Shown here one piece after another: positions 24,775 to 36,925 of a DNA stretch of 63,969 nt; position 1 is the first letter of the stretch, and each line of letters starts with the position of its first letter. The position numbers were made by a program, and so were the translations under genes. The stretch covers positions 26,194,792-26,258,760 of the forward strand of contig JAHRHZ010000022.1 in the NCBI GenBank assembly GCA_024137785.1. Reading direction: 5' to 3'. The notes beneath the pieces were generated by a model that saw nothing but the letters and a program-made list of their open reading frames with translations, searched no databases and was not told the DNA's origin. The DNA is from Ginglymostoma cirratum (taxonomy: Eukaryota).

Positions 24775-24784
24775 NNNNNNNNNN
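24775..24784. other. assembly gap (10 N) immediately after a (TG)n microsatellite
   Basis: Visible run of N; TG repeat at 24759-24774. Confidence 0.99.
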
Positions 24785-25003
24785 ATTGTCTTGTACACCT
24801 CTGTCAAGTCACCTCTCATCCTTCTTCGCTCCAATGAAAAAAGCCCTAGCTCCCTCAACCTTTCCTCATAAGACCTGCCCTCCAGTCCAGGCAGCACCCT
24901 GGTAAATTGCCGCTGTACCCTCTCTAAAGCTTCCACATCTTTCTTATAATGAGGTGACCAGAACTGAATACAATATTCCGAGCGTGGTCTAACCAGATTT
25001 AAA
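24785..25003 (-). mobile_element. CR1-type LINE ORF2 fragment
   Basis: Translates [69 protein letters not shown]. Confidence 0.92.
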
Positions 25004-25664
25004 CGCTGCACAAACAGTCACCCAACGCTGAAATTGAGCCCAGGTTCCTTGTGCTGTGAGGTAGCAGTGCTAATCACCGAGCCGCCCCTATTTTGCTTTT
25101 GTTTTTATCGATGTTTTCACTGATTTTTCTCTTGTTAAGTAGCTTGTGCTGTTTGACCACGTTTGGTATACAAGTGTAAATTGTTGAAATATTGATCTGC
25201 ATCAAATCAGCATTCTGCAGAGATTAGCAGTAAATCTAGGAATCAATCAAACTTTTAATGCTGGCTGAGTGAACAGTGTAGTACTCTTAACTGTGCAATA
25301 TGGTAGCATTTAACATGCTCAAAAATCAACTTTGTTTAATGCTGTTTATTCACATAGTCACTATTTGAAATCAGAACTATCATTGAAGGCATTGCATGTG
25401 CCTTCACAATGATTACTGATGAAGAATCGGTAGTAGGAATCCATGCATTTGTATGACCGTCTCACGTTACCAAATGCATCAGCAATTTTCATGGTAGCTA
25501 GGTTAAGGACGCAATTTGTATATTATGAACTCTCGTGTTCTTGTGCTAGTAATGAGTCATTTCTTTTTAAACCACGTGTAGAACCTGTAATAATTTTATG
25601 TCCTATACTCTGAAGCTATTGAAACAGAATGCAGTTTCATCAGTGAAATATGCATTATTGATGA

Positions 25665-25970
25665 CTCGGACTCCCTATAGTGTGGAAACAGGCCCTTCGG
25701 CCCAACAAGTCCACACCGAATTTCACAGCATCCCACACTGGCCCATCCCCCCCATAACCTAATCTACACATTCCTGAACACTATGGGCAATTTAGCATGG
25801 CCAATCCATCTAGCCTGCATATCTTTGGACTGTGGGAGGAAACCGGAGCACCCGGAGGAAACCTACGCAGACACGTGGAGGATGTGCAAACTCCACACAG
25901 TCGCCTGAGAGTGGAATCGAACCCAGGCCCTGGCGCTGTGAGGCAGCAGTGCTAGCCACTGTGCCTCCCA
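25665..25970 (-). mobile_element. HE1-type SINE
   Basis: Minus-strand tRNA head gcacagtggctagcactgctgcctcacagcgccaggg, then V-domain and tail. Confidence 0.85.
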
Positions 25971-26430
25971 CGGTGCATAGTTTATTTCATTTTTTTAACG
26001 TTAAATACATTGACTCTGTGTGATGATACACAAAACAAATTCACATTCTAAAAACATTTGTCCAACCCTCCAAAGTGAATGCTTTTAACTAAAAACACTA
26101 GCATAATAGTTGACCATTAGTGGAATACTAAACTGTATGCGGCAGAACTCTGACTAATGGTATATGTAGATTTCATTAGTTGCATTGGATCTTCAAAAGA
26201 AAATAGGTTTCCTTTAATATTGGCAGCACAGATGGAGGGAGCTATTCAATATTGTTATCTTCCCAATTTTTTCCCTTCCTGAAAAATTAAAATGTCAAAT
26301 GTTATTATGTAACTGTAGATAAGTTGAATGATTTGAAAGTTGTACTGCTTTTATCACTTAAAGTATGAAGACAACTGACTTCTTATTATGCATTTTTCAT
26401 GTGATTAGACTTCCCGTGTTTTCTTTACAG

Positions 26431-26572
26431 GAGGTCACAGGTTATTGAACAGTTTGAGACCCTGGAGATGAAGCGAGCCCAGCAGATGGCATCCAGTTCC
26501 CCTTCTGAGTCTGATTTTCACACCATTAGATGTCGAGGTCGAAGTGAGAAGAGAACCTTTCCAAGGCAAAGA
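26431..26572 (+). CDS. MPRIP: MPRIP-family gene, first recognisable coding exon in the window (phase 2/0)
   Basis: Acceptor ttctttacag and donor gtaagc. Translates (R)RSQVIEQFETLEMKRAQQMASSSPSESDFHTIRCRGRSEKRTFPRQR, matching the MPRIP segment RSQVIEKFEALD...GRSEKRAFPRKR. The gene may be an MPRIP-like paralogue. Confidence 0.9.
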
Positions 26573-27334
26573 GTAAGCTTATTTAGTGACAGTTCGTAGT
26601 CTATTCCTCTTCATTTCCTATTTGCCAAATGTGAGAAACAATTATTCACAAGTTGCCATTTCAAATCTTTTATAATTCTGAAAACCTCTATTAGATGCTT
26701 TGCATTGGCACCAATTAAATAAAGGCACAAATTGACAAAGCCTCAGCTCTGATATTGTCATAGTGAACCTCATTATTACCCCTTTCATTTTCATAATATT
26801 CTTGCAATAATTGCGAGCATGACTGCATGCAACGTCTGACTGTGGCAAAAGAAATTAGGAATTCCAAATAATTTATTTGCATTTCCATTCAATGTCTTAG
26901 ATTCCTCAATCAGTAAAGCTGTGTTGCTTTAATGCCATGTGTCCCAAATTTGCCACCTCATTAAATGCCTTCTGAAATTCATTCATGTGACATTTACTGT
27001 GAATTTTATGGTTGACAGCCTCTGTATTTGGACCATGGTTAACAGTGGTAATAGCACTGGCCTAGTGATCCAGAGGCTGCACAGCTACTCTGAGGGTATG
27101 TGTATGGTGATTGATGCCAATCACAGCATTGGCTTCTGGTCTCAGAACCTGCTGCTACAATGCATGGACCTCAGAGGTCTGTGTAGGCAAAAAGAAAATT
27201 AGTATGAATGTAGCTCAGGGGATATCTTAGCTGTAGAGGGAGACCGTTTAAAATCATTAATAAATCCGGAATAAAAAGACGAGTCAAAGTAATGATGATC
27301 ATGAAGCTAGGACACTGTCATTAAAATCCCATTT

Positions 27335-27684
27335 CACGAATGGCCTCGTGGTATTATCACTGGACTATTAATCCAGAGACCCAGATAATGTTCTGGGGAC
27401 CGAGGTTCTAATCCCGCCATGGCAGATGGTGGAATTTGAATTCAATAAATATCTGGAATTAAGAATCTAATGATTAATATGAATCCATTGCCGATTGTCG
27501 GAAAAACCCATTTGGTTCACTGATTTCTTTTAGGGAAGGAAACTGCCATCCTTACCTGGTCTGGCCTACGTGTGACTCCAGACCCACAGCAATGTGGTTG
27601 ACCCTTAACTTCCCTCTGGACACTTAGGGATGGGCAATAAATGCTGCCTAGCCAGCGACGCCCTCATCCTGTGAATGAATAAAG
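27335..27684 (+). mobile_element. tRNA-derived SINE with 11-bp TSD
   Basis: A/B-box-like head (gtggtattatcactggactattaatccagag...gaggttctaatccc) and LINE tail (gggatgggcaataaatgctg...). It is flanked by aaatcccattt at 27324-27334 and 27685-27695. Confidence 0.85.
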
Positions 27685-29522
27685 AAATCCCATTTGGCTT
27701 ACATATGACTACAGCAAACTGATTGTCTCTGACCTGTCCTCTAAAATAGCCTACCAAGCCAACTGTGGTGGCAAAGCATTACAGAAAAGCTAAATAAGAA
27801 TAGCTTATTTGGACCTGGAATCCATTTAAATAGTAGAAATAACAAAGGTGCAGTGTGTCTAATCAACCCTGTATTCCTCTGGGGACTTGTCAGAATTGGA
27901 AGTCTGTTTCATAGACTATCAAGTACAGCCTGATTCTCATCAAATCATGCCTGGCAGGCAATGCCCTCTGTCATTATCCCTTGGAAAGATCTGTTCCTGT
28001 GACAACATGTACAGTTAGGAGAGAGTGGCTCTGGGAGCTATTAACATTGACAGCTAACCTCACAAAGTTCGATGGCATCACAGGCTAGGAAACCTCCTGC
28101 TGATTGCCACCTACTGCCCTTCTTCTGGTTGAACACCAAGGGACACGGATATACTTCTGATAGAAGATTTCAATGTCCATCAGCAAGAATGGCCCAGTAT
28201 TGCTATTATTGACCCAAGTTCGTTGAATCCTGAAGGGGATTTCTGTCAGATTTCGCCTGCAGTCAGGGGTGAGAAAATTGAAAGGAGAAATATGGTCAAG
28301 TATGTTTATGTCTAATGTCTATGACAATGGGTAGGAGTGACAACCACAGTCTTTACGGAGATGAAGACCTTTTTTATTGCATTGAGGACAAAGCTCCGTG
28401 TTGTGTGGCAGTACTGATGTGCTTAATGAGATCTATGCAGAATAGATCTAGGAGCCCAGAACTGGGCCACGAGCAACAGAAGAATTGAACCACAATCTGT
28501 AATCTCATAGTTCCACATATTCCTCATTCAGTCATTATCTTTTAGCAAAATGACCAAACATGTTTCAATGAGAAATGAAGGAGAGAACCTAAGGAGCAAC
28601 ATCAGGCATACCTAAACGTGAAGTGCCAACCTGATAAAGCTATAACACGGAACTACATCAGGATGCTGAAGGGAGGGAACATACTATAAAAGACAGAGCT
28701 TAGTGATCCCACAATCGACATATTAGATGAAAGCTATGAAGTCCATATTGAGTTGTGAATAGTGTTGGACAACTAACCAACAAATCAGAGGAGTAGAGTC
28801 CACAAACATACCCATCCTTAAAGATAGGGTAGCCTAGAACATCAGTACAAACACAAGACTGAAGTATTTGCAACCATTTTCAGCCAGAAGTGTTGAATGG
28901 ATGATCAATCATGGCCTCCACCTGAGGCCCCAAGCATCACCTCTGCCAGTCTGCAGCTAACTTGATGCGTTCCATGTGCAATCAAGATATAGCTGAGCAC
29001 ACTGGAGATAGCAAAGGCTAGCAGCCCTGACAACATTCAGGCTCTAATGATGAATACATGCTCCAGACCCAACTGCATTAAAAACTCAAGCTGTTCCAGT
29101 GCAGCTTCAACATTAGTGTCTACCCAGCAATGCAGAAAATTGCCCAGATATGTACTCCATAAAAAAAAGGACAAATCCAGTCAATTACTATTTACAGCCA
29201 ATCATCAGCAAATGATATGTGTAATTGAAAGTGCCATTAAGCCAAACTTACCAATAATCTACTAACTAATACTCGAGTTTGATTTCCCTAGGGTCACTTA
29301 GCTCCTTACAGCCTTGGTCTAAATCTAGACTAAAGAGCTGAAATGCAGAGGTGAGATAGACTGCTCTTGACACAAGTTTTTGATTAATTGTTATATGGTG
29401 GAGTGTTAACCAAGTTGGAAATAAATGGAAATTATGGGGAAAAGGTTTCACTGGTTGAAGTCACTTACAGTGCAAAAAAGTTTTCAGCCTAATCATCTCA
29501 AAGCCAGGATATCACTGCAGGA

Positions 29523-29613
29523 TAACAAGCATGGGGCTGGATGAACACAGCAGGTCAAGCAGCATCATAGGAGCAGGAAAACTTGACGTTTTGGGCCTAA
29601 ACCCTTTATCTCT
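29523..29613. mobile_element. short Penelope-derived insertion with 15-bp TSD
   Basis: Flanked by gatatcactgcagga at 29508-29522 and 29614-29628; nearly identical to 63893-63969. Confidence 0.8.
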
Positions 29614-30657
29614 GATATCACTGCAGGAGTTCACAGGGCAGTGTCTTAGATCCAACATTTTTTGCTGTTTCATCAGTGAGCTTCCATTCCAAATAAGGAC
29701 AGAAGTGGGGACATTTGCTGATGATTGCACTGTAGTCAGGACTATTTGTAGCTCTTCAGATACTGAAGCTGTTCTGTGTCCATTTGCAGTAAGACCTGCA
29801 CAACATACAGGCTTGAATTGATAAGTGACAAGTGACATTCACTCGCTTAAGTGCCAGGCAAGCAGCATCTTTCCCATAACATTCAATAGGATTACAATGC
29901 TGAAGCCACCAGAAACAACATTCTGGAGGTGATCACTGACCAGAAATTTACTTAGACTTTTCACATAAACACTGCTATAAAAGCTGGGAATTCAATGATG
30001 AGGAACTCATCTCTTAATCCCCCAAAGCCTGGCAACCATCTACAAAGCACGAGATAGGAATGTGATGTAACAATTTCGACTTGCCTGGGTGCATGCAACT
30101 CTAAAAATTTAAAAAGCTGTGTGCCATCCAGTGTAAAGCAGCCCACTTAACTAGCACCAAACTCACCACCTTGAACAATCACTCCCTCCACCACTGATCC
30201 ACAGTGACAGCATTGTGGGCCATCTACAAGGTGTACTATAGCGACTCTTAAATCCCAACTGATTAGCCCAATTCACTTCATGACTAACAGGCCTGTAGGC
30301 TTCTAGATTCTGTAAAATGGCAGTATAAATTATTAGGATTTGCAGGCTGATGCCCTCTATGTGCACCCAGTAACCAATTTTATTTCCATGCCTGCCTCAC
30401 ATTGAACAGATATTTTCAAATGTAATCATCTTCAAACCCATTTTCTTTTCACCCTGTCCGTGAAGCTACAGAAACCGCTTTCCTGAAAGTCTCTACCCAG
30501 CCACCTTGTAAACAATGTGGGTATCATGCTAGATGTTTCTCACAGACGAAATAACACTTATAGATTAATCTGGTAATCAGTATTGGAACAGCTGTGTTTT
30601 AAAGTGATACTTTTAATAAATTGCTGACCTTTGGTTATTTATGAATTACTATCATAG

Positions 30658-30774
30658 GATTTTGTGTCGGAGTCTGACCAAATCAGCTCTACTCCAGATG
30701 TTTCAGCTGTGACTGTTCCACAGTACCGCAGGGCAAAGTCACTGGACAGAAGAGCCACTGAGTCAACAGTGACG
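30658..30774 (+). CDS. MPRIP: MPRIP-family coding exon (phase 0/0)
   Basis: Acceptor atcatag and donor gtaagg. Translates DFVSESDQISSTPDVSAVTVPQYRRAKSLDRRATESTVT, containing the conserved RRAKSLDRR motif. Confidence 0.92.
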
Positions 30775-31142
30775 GTAAGGAGACCTACAAAATCAGATTG
30801 ACGTAACAGCGAAGGGAGGGAAACAGGTAAAATGCTAGAAACTACGAGGGAAGACTGCATGCATAAAAATGTTATGCAGCTAGAGAATGAAGAGCATGCT
30901 TGTGGGGGGAGAACGAAGAAGTCAGTTGTTGTGGCAATATTACAGCAAAGAATTCAATCTGCTCAAACAGTTTCACAGCTGTCCATAGGTGAAATTGATG
31001 TCTTTCACATGATGTACAATGCTGTATCGTTCTGCTTTCAGTGTAAGTTTGCCTGGATGTGGAAGAGTTACTCTGGCTCATGTTTTCATATATTTTTTGA
31101 CTGTACTGCGGTCTTTCATGTCTCATTATTAACTCTTTCTAG

Positions 31143-31199
31143 CCAGACCTCCTGAATTTTAAGAAAGGTTGGATGACAAAACTCTCTGCAGATGGTCAG
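31143..31199 (+). CDS. MPRIP: MPRIP-family exon, start of second PH domain
   Basis: Acceptor ctttctag and donor gtgaga. Translates PDLLNFKKGWMTKLSADGQ. Confidence 0.95.
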
Positions 31200-32917
31200 G
31201 TGAGAAATTTACATTGAAAATGTGGTAACAGATCTTTGGTCTCTGTGAAAGATCATGCTGATAATTTTTGAGTCCCACTGGGGTGGTCACAAAAGTTCAA
31301 GATTTCATAAAAGTATGAAAGTCCTTAATTTACCTGTCTGATTGACTCAGGTTAAAACACTGACCAGGGTTTTCTACTTAACAAGAACTATTGTTTATTA
31401 AAATAAGTAAATTTTAACCACAGGCAAAATATCTCTACTAGTTAAACTCTAATCCCTCTTTTAAAACGCCCTTACACATACATACTAACAGTCACAGGCA
31501 AACAAAATAAGTTAGTGTTATGGTGGAGGGCAAAAATACCTGGAAAAACACAGTTTATTAGCATAGTCTATAATCTTCAATGAGGTGTTCATTTTTATTC
31601 CCAAGATCTTCTGTTCTCCAATCTCTTGCCTTCCAGATTCTCAGTTCTTTGCCAAAGACATGGGATTTACACCTTAATTATTCAGTTTCACAGTACCAAT
31701 TAGAGGCAACAGATTACAGCAAATGGTGGGAGAGAACAACTGACTGTCTCCATGCTTGAGTTACTTTGCTGCAGAGAGATGTAGAGTCAGATCCTGTTTC
31801 TTACAGTCTGGAAAACCTTCTGCTCCTGGGAACCAAGAAGAGATCTGATGACATTTGGCATTTACATTGGTCAAAACTGTACAAACCAATCAGCTACCTG
31901 TTGCTGGCTCAGACTCACTTTGTAAACACACCCCAGTGCCATGCTATCTTACTTTACCTTCCCCACTGCTTGCAAAGCAGCATTGTGAACACAGCTAGCA
32001 GTCAGTTCAAATAACTTGTTTTCAAAAGTGCAGCAATCCCTTATCCTGTGCTTGGTTTTAAAACAGCCCTTTTCTTTTTTTAGATCATAGTTTAAAAAAA
32101 GAGTAAAACAAAATTGTTACAGTGCCATAAGTACCCATTGGCACATGCCTGTTGCAACTCTATCTGCATCAGAGCTGCATTCAACTCTGTGTAACTGTCC
32201 TTCAAAATGCTGCACTATGTTTCTGGAGCACCAACACAGTCATCTAGTACCTGGTATCATATTCTTACTTTTAACACAGAATTTTAGAAATACCCTGCGC
32301 AATGCACCTTTCTAGAAAACTTAAACAGCTAGCGTTAGTCAAATTCAAAAATCCTTAGGTGGGTGACAAAGATATTGTGAAAACGGTATTGATCCCAGGC
32401 CACACGATGTTCTTCCAGCTACGTGTCATTTCTTCATGATGGTTATGAACTGCTTTGAAAACTGAAGACTGAATAATCCAATCTTGTTTGTAAATAGAAG
32501 AAAAATATTGGGTTTATATAATACTTAATCACTTCTCATAGAAATATTTTAAGTACTTCACTTGGAATGAATTATTTTGAAGTGTGTTGTTATTTAACCC
32601 ATAGAGGGCTGGTGCTCTTGTATTTTTAAACTTGTACTTCTGTTTCCTTCTACCCACTGTGTCTCTGATTTTCTATCTATTCCTAACACTGATACAGTCA
32701 TGAAATTGAAAGCCATCCAACAAGTAGTAGTGAGGAAGTCAGAGGCAGGTGTCCAAGGTTTCACTTTTATACCGCTTAGAGTGCAATATGGAGCAGGTTC
32801 CTACACAGGGACATTACAACATGACATGAAAGGAGAGAATGACTGAATGTCAGTCAAAGTCTCCAGGTAAGCTGTTCTAATAAGAGAATATTGGTGACAT
32901 ATTCTGTTTTCTTTTAG

Positions 32918-32986
32918 TGGAAGAAGCATTGGTTTGTCCTGACTGACCAAGTTCTAAAATATTACCGAGACTCTGCAGCAGAGGAG
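32918..32986 (+). CDS. MPRIP: MPRIP-family exon, PH domain
   Basis: Acceptor ttttcttttag and donor gtgagt. Translates [23 protein letters not shown]. Confidence 0.95.
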
Positions 32987-33004
32987 GTGAGTGTCACAGA
33001 CAGT

Positions 33005-33235
33005 AAGAAAAAGGAACATGAGTAGGCTGTTTGGCTGCTCATGCCTTTCAGTGGGATCCAACATTCCTCATGTCTACTTTCCTGTGTTTTCGCTCTAACC
33101 CTTGATTCCCTACTGATTAAGAGTCTATGTACCTCAGCCTTAAATACACACAAGGACTCTGCCCCCGCAGCATTCTGTGGCAAGCAGCTCCAAAGATACT
33201 CAACATTCTGAGAGAAGAAATTCTTCCTCAGCACA
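33005..33235 (-). mobile_element. CR1-type LINE 3' fragment
   Basis: Translates LRKNFFSQNVEYLWSCLPQNAAGAESLCVFKAEVHRLL. Confidence 0.8.
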
Positions 33236-33856
33236 CATGTAGTTTGCCGAGAAGCTGCTGACATTAACGGATGATTTTTTTTTCAGCTTCAGCCCTAAAT
33301 TTCCCTTGATTCCTCTTGAATGTAGTGACTCAACACAACCCTAAGTGGTATTCTTAATGTGTGATCACAGGCGGTGACTGCTTACATGGTATTCACTGAA
33401 AGGAGAAATGACACTTGGGTTCAACTTATTTGCTCCTGTTCTCTCACATGATATAGCAAGATGTCAGCAGTGCGAATCTTGGCTAAATTGCTGTTCTCTA
33501 ATCTATAGACACTGAGGAATCGGAAGCATTCATTTCGCTACAGTAGCTAATATTTGTCAGTGGATCAAATTAGTGACTTTTGGCTGTTTTTTTTTTAACA
33601 CCAATGAAGGCAAGTCAATCCTATTGAATATGATTTTGTCCTTTTAGTGACAATGTTGCTATTACAGTGGATGTAGAATTACTTTGACTCTAGTGGATAT
33701 ATTAAGCTTGCAGCATACAGGCTTGTGTGTTTACAACATTGGTTGTGTTGTGTAAATTATATTTCATGATCAGTATGTCAGTCTTCCTTTAAAATCGTCA
33801 TCTTATTGTAGCCTATGACATAAGGGTATAAAATTCTCAAATATCATCTTAACTGG

Positions 33857-33959
33857 AAACAAAAACAGATATTGCTGGAAAAACTCAGCACGTCTGGTAG
33901 CATCTATAGAGAGAAGTCAGAGTTAATGTTTCGGGTCCAGTGAACGCACTTTAGAACCT
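33857..33959. mobile_element. Penelope-derived short element with 10-bp TSD
   Basis: aaactcagcacgtctggtagcatct...aatgtttcgggtccagtgaac, flanked by tcttaactgg at 33847-33856 and 33960-33969. Confidence 0.75.
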
Positions 33960-34989
33960 TCTTAACTGGTATTGTTTGAAGCATGATATGCGCATTCCTT
34001 TGTTGTAACCCATTAACTTAATGTTAGTGCAGACATTTAGGTGTCTGAGAAATGTGATGTTTGTATATTGTTAGCTAGAATAAATGTTTGTTGGATTCCT
34101 CAATACCATGCCCGGTTTCTTATGTTATGGGAGTTAATGTGAACATTGCTGCTTGGGATAAAATACTCTCTGGGAAGAAAACTCATCATAGTAAACGGTA
34201 GTAGCCTTTGATGAAAGACTTCAATTATTTTCTAAATATCTGCCACCAAAATGTTGAAGATCAATTGAATGACGGCTTTGGATATTAGAGAATTTGAACA
34301 ATCAATAGCATCAGTTTTTGATAGTATTGCCATGTAGATTTGTAGAAGGGTATTGACCCACAAGAAAACAGCCCCATTTTACTTTAGATTTGGGGTTTTT
34401 TAAGGTACAAGCAATTCTTAAGACTGTCTTATCTTAAAAAAAAAAGGCTGAAGCTACAAAGACTATCAAAAACTAAAGGTTACAGACCTGTGCTGAAGCA
34501 TATTGAGTGCTTTATCCTTTTACTATAAAAGTACAAGCTGTGATCCAGTTTTGCAAAATGGTAGTTAAATGGTCCAAAAATCACAGCTCTAAAGCTTCCT
34601 TTGAAGAAGCTACAGCTTAGAAACACTAAAGGAGTGCTTCTGCAAATTAAAAAGCCTTCCCTATGTCTCCAGACCTTAGTTCTGCTGTTGTCTTGATCCA
34701 AATGTGCCTGAAAATAGAAAAAACACACATGATGTCATTACTCCATTTTCAGCATTGATCACCTACAGGTCAAAATCTGCCACAGAACCTAGTGTGAATT
34801 GTTTTTGCTGTGAATAGTAGTAGGGCAGATAAATTGGTCTACTTGGGATTATATATGTTTGTACATTTTGGGATGGTATATGTAACACTGGGGCATGATT
34901 TTCGGCTGACCCCTCCTAATTAATTGTAAGAGCGTTGTCACAATTCATGAGATTCAAAATGCACCCACAACGGTAGAACAGAACACTCA

Positions 34990-36450
34990 TGAATCAGTTA
35001 ATGATCTGCAAGGATGAGAGTTCGAAGTGAGATGTAAGCCACATACCAGGATGATTACACTCATAAAAACAAGGCACTGTGAGTGCTAGAGATCTGAAAT
35101 AAAAACACAACTCGGAAACAGAAACTCGGCATATCTGGCAGCATCTGTAGAGAGGAAAATAGGATTAACATTTTGAGTCCAATTTGACACAGCGCCATTT
35201 CCAGACATGCTGTCAGACCTGCTGAGTTACTCCAGAACTTTATTTTTATATCAGATTGATTATATCTGACATACTGAATAGATTACCCAAGCCACTCAAA
35301 AGCCAAGATATTTCTTTTGATCTACACACTGATGCTCTTGACTACGATAGTGAAGATGATCTCAGTGTTGCTCTGTTCTACTTTGGCCAGAGCAGTGTGA
35401 AGTTGCAAACACCAACTTTTGAAGATGAGCAAGTACAAGATTTGCAGAAGATCATTCTCCACTGATGGCCTGAGATTATTAAACAAGTACCTAAAAGAAT
35501 TCTTTCATTTTGATCATTTAGATAGATATGGACTTGGTCTATCACGAAAATCATTTTCAAGGGGAACTAAGGCCAAGTACCAAGAACATTACACCAAGAT
35601 GTCATTTCCATGTTACGCCAGTGGTTTGTGGGTGTTGAACGCACACGATGGCGAATGCAAGATGGCTGTGTACTGGCCAGGGATGAATCAGGATATTCAG
35701 TGATTCATGAATGCATGTGAGGCATGCCAAACATGTCAACTCCAGCAGAGGGAGTCTCTAAATCCACATGATGTGTTATCCACTCCTCAACTGGAAGTAG
35801 CAACAGATGTATTTCCCATCATTCGATGATGGAGCAACCGACATATCAGTTGGATGATGTAGTGTGACCATTGCAAACAAAGTGAGCGCTATTTTCAGTT
35901 TATTTGGTATCCCAGAATTGATAGCATTTGACAACAGACCACAATAAACTGATAAACCACTTAAAATCAGGTACCGATTAGGGAGTGACCCATATCACAT
36001 CACCCCACTTTCCGCACTCAGTCAGGACAGCAGAATGAATGGTACAAACAATCAAATCAATGATCATTTATTATTGAGCATCGAAGCAAGATTTTTGCAC
36101 TGCATTGGTGCACTTTCATGCAATATCAATGAAGAAGGGATTACCATCCCCAGCACAACTTCAAATAACCTTCCCAGCAAACAACTTTCAAACCATTCCA
36201 AACACAATGAAAGGGATACACAATAAGGAAGCAGGTAGACATTACAAAACATGCACACTGGCCAGACTGCAAGTTAGAAATAGAAACACTTGCATTCTAG
36301 CAAGGTTTCTAAAATGTGTAACTACCCCAAGTCAGTACTGACCATAGAGGAACCAACACCAGCTCAGTTCAATGCATGGTACACTGTTCATGTGTACATA
36401 CAGTGCGGAAGAATACTCTGGCAATAATTGTGCAGTGATGTTGAGTGACA
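34990..36450 (+). mobile_element. Ty3/Gypsy pol remnant (RNase H end, integrase)
   Basis: Translates LIISDILNRLP, MAVYWPGMNQDIQ*FMNACEACQ (integrase zinc-finger CxxC) and IFSLFGIPELIAFDNRPQ (core D motif). Confidence 0.75.
35078..35255. mobile_element. palindromic Penelope-derived element inserted in the Gypsy remnant
   Basis: Inverted arms aactcggcatatctggcagcatctg / cagacatgctgtcagacctgctgagtt. Confidence 0.65.
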
Positions 36451-36504
36451 GTAACCATCAGCAAGACAGCCAAGTTGTCAAACAAGTGCACCAGAGAACA
36501 AGAT

Positions 36505-36925
36505 GTACATACGAGGAGAGGTTGAGAGAGCTAGGGCTTTTCTCTTTAGAATGATGAAGGATGAGAGGTGACGTGATAGAGGTGGACAAAATGGTCAGAA
36601 GTATAGATAGAGTGGACAGCCAGAGACTGTCTAGGGTGGAGGTAGCTATTACGAGGGGGCATAGTTTTAAAGTGAGTGGAGGTAGATATAGGGGAGACAT
36701 CAGAGGTAGGTTCTTTACTCAGGGAGTGGTAGGGGCGTGGAATGCATTGCTAGAGAGGGCAGTGAAGTCGGCCTCATTAGGGGCATTTAAGCGGCTATTA
36801 GATAGGCAAATGGATGATAGTATAAGGTAGGGGTGGAGGTTAGATCGACCTTAGGTTTAGGCTAAAAGTTCAGCACAACACTGTGGGCCGAAGGGCCTGT
36901 ACTGTGCTGTACAGTTCTGTGTTCC
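36505..36925 (+). mobile_element. CR1/HER1-type LINE 3' end
   Basis: Translates [24 protein letters not shown]...TRGHSFKV...FFTQGVVGAWNAL, followed by the tail. Confidence 0.9.

Larger units (their letters stand above)
27045..30250 (+). mobile_element. decayed near-full-length CR1/L2-group LINE with tRNA-derived 5' head and no ORF1
   Basis: Head at about 27045, APE-like sequence from about 27870, RT motif NIFCCFISELPFQIRTEVGTFADDCTV at about 29650-29735, and a C-terminal region to about 30250. It is interrupted by two younger insertions. Confidence 0.7.

Noticed and set aside
25443-25501. Possible first coding exon MHLYDRLTLPNASAIFMVA(R) with phase-2 donor gttaag
   Set aside because: It is phase-compatible with 26431, but I see no homology and the donor is mediocre; chance occurrence cannot be excluded without RNA data.
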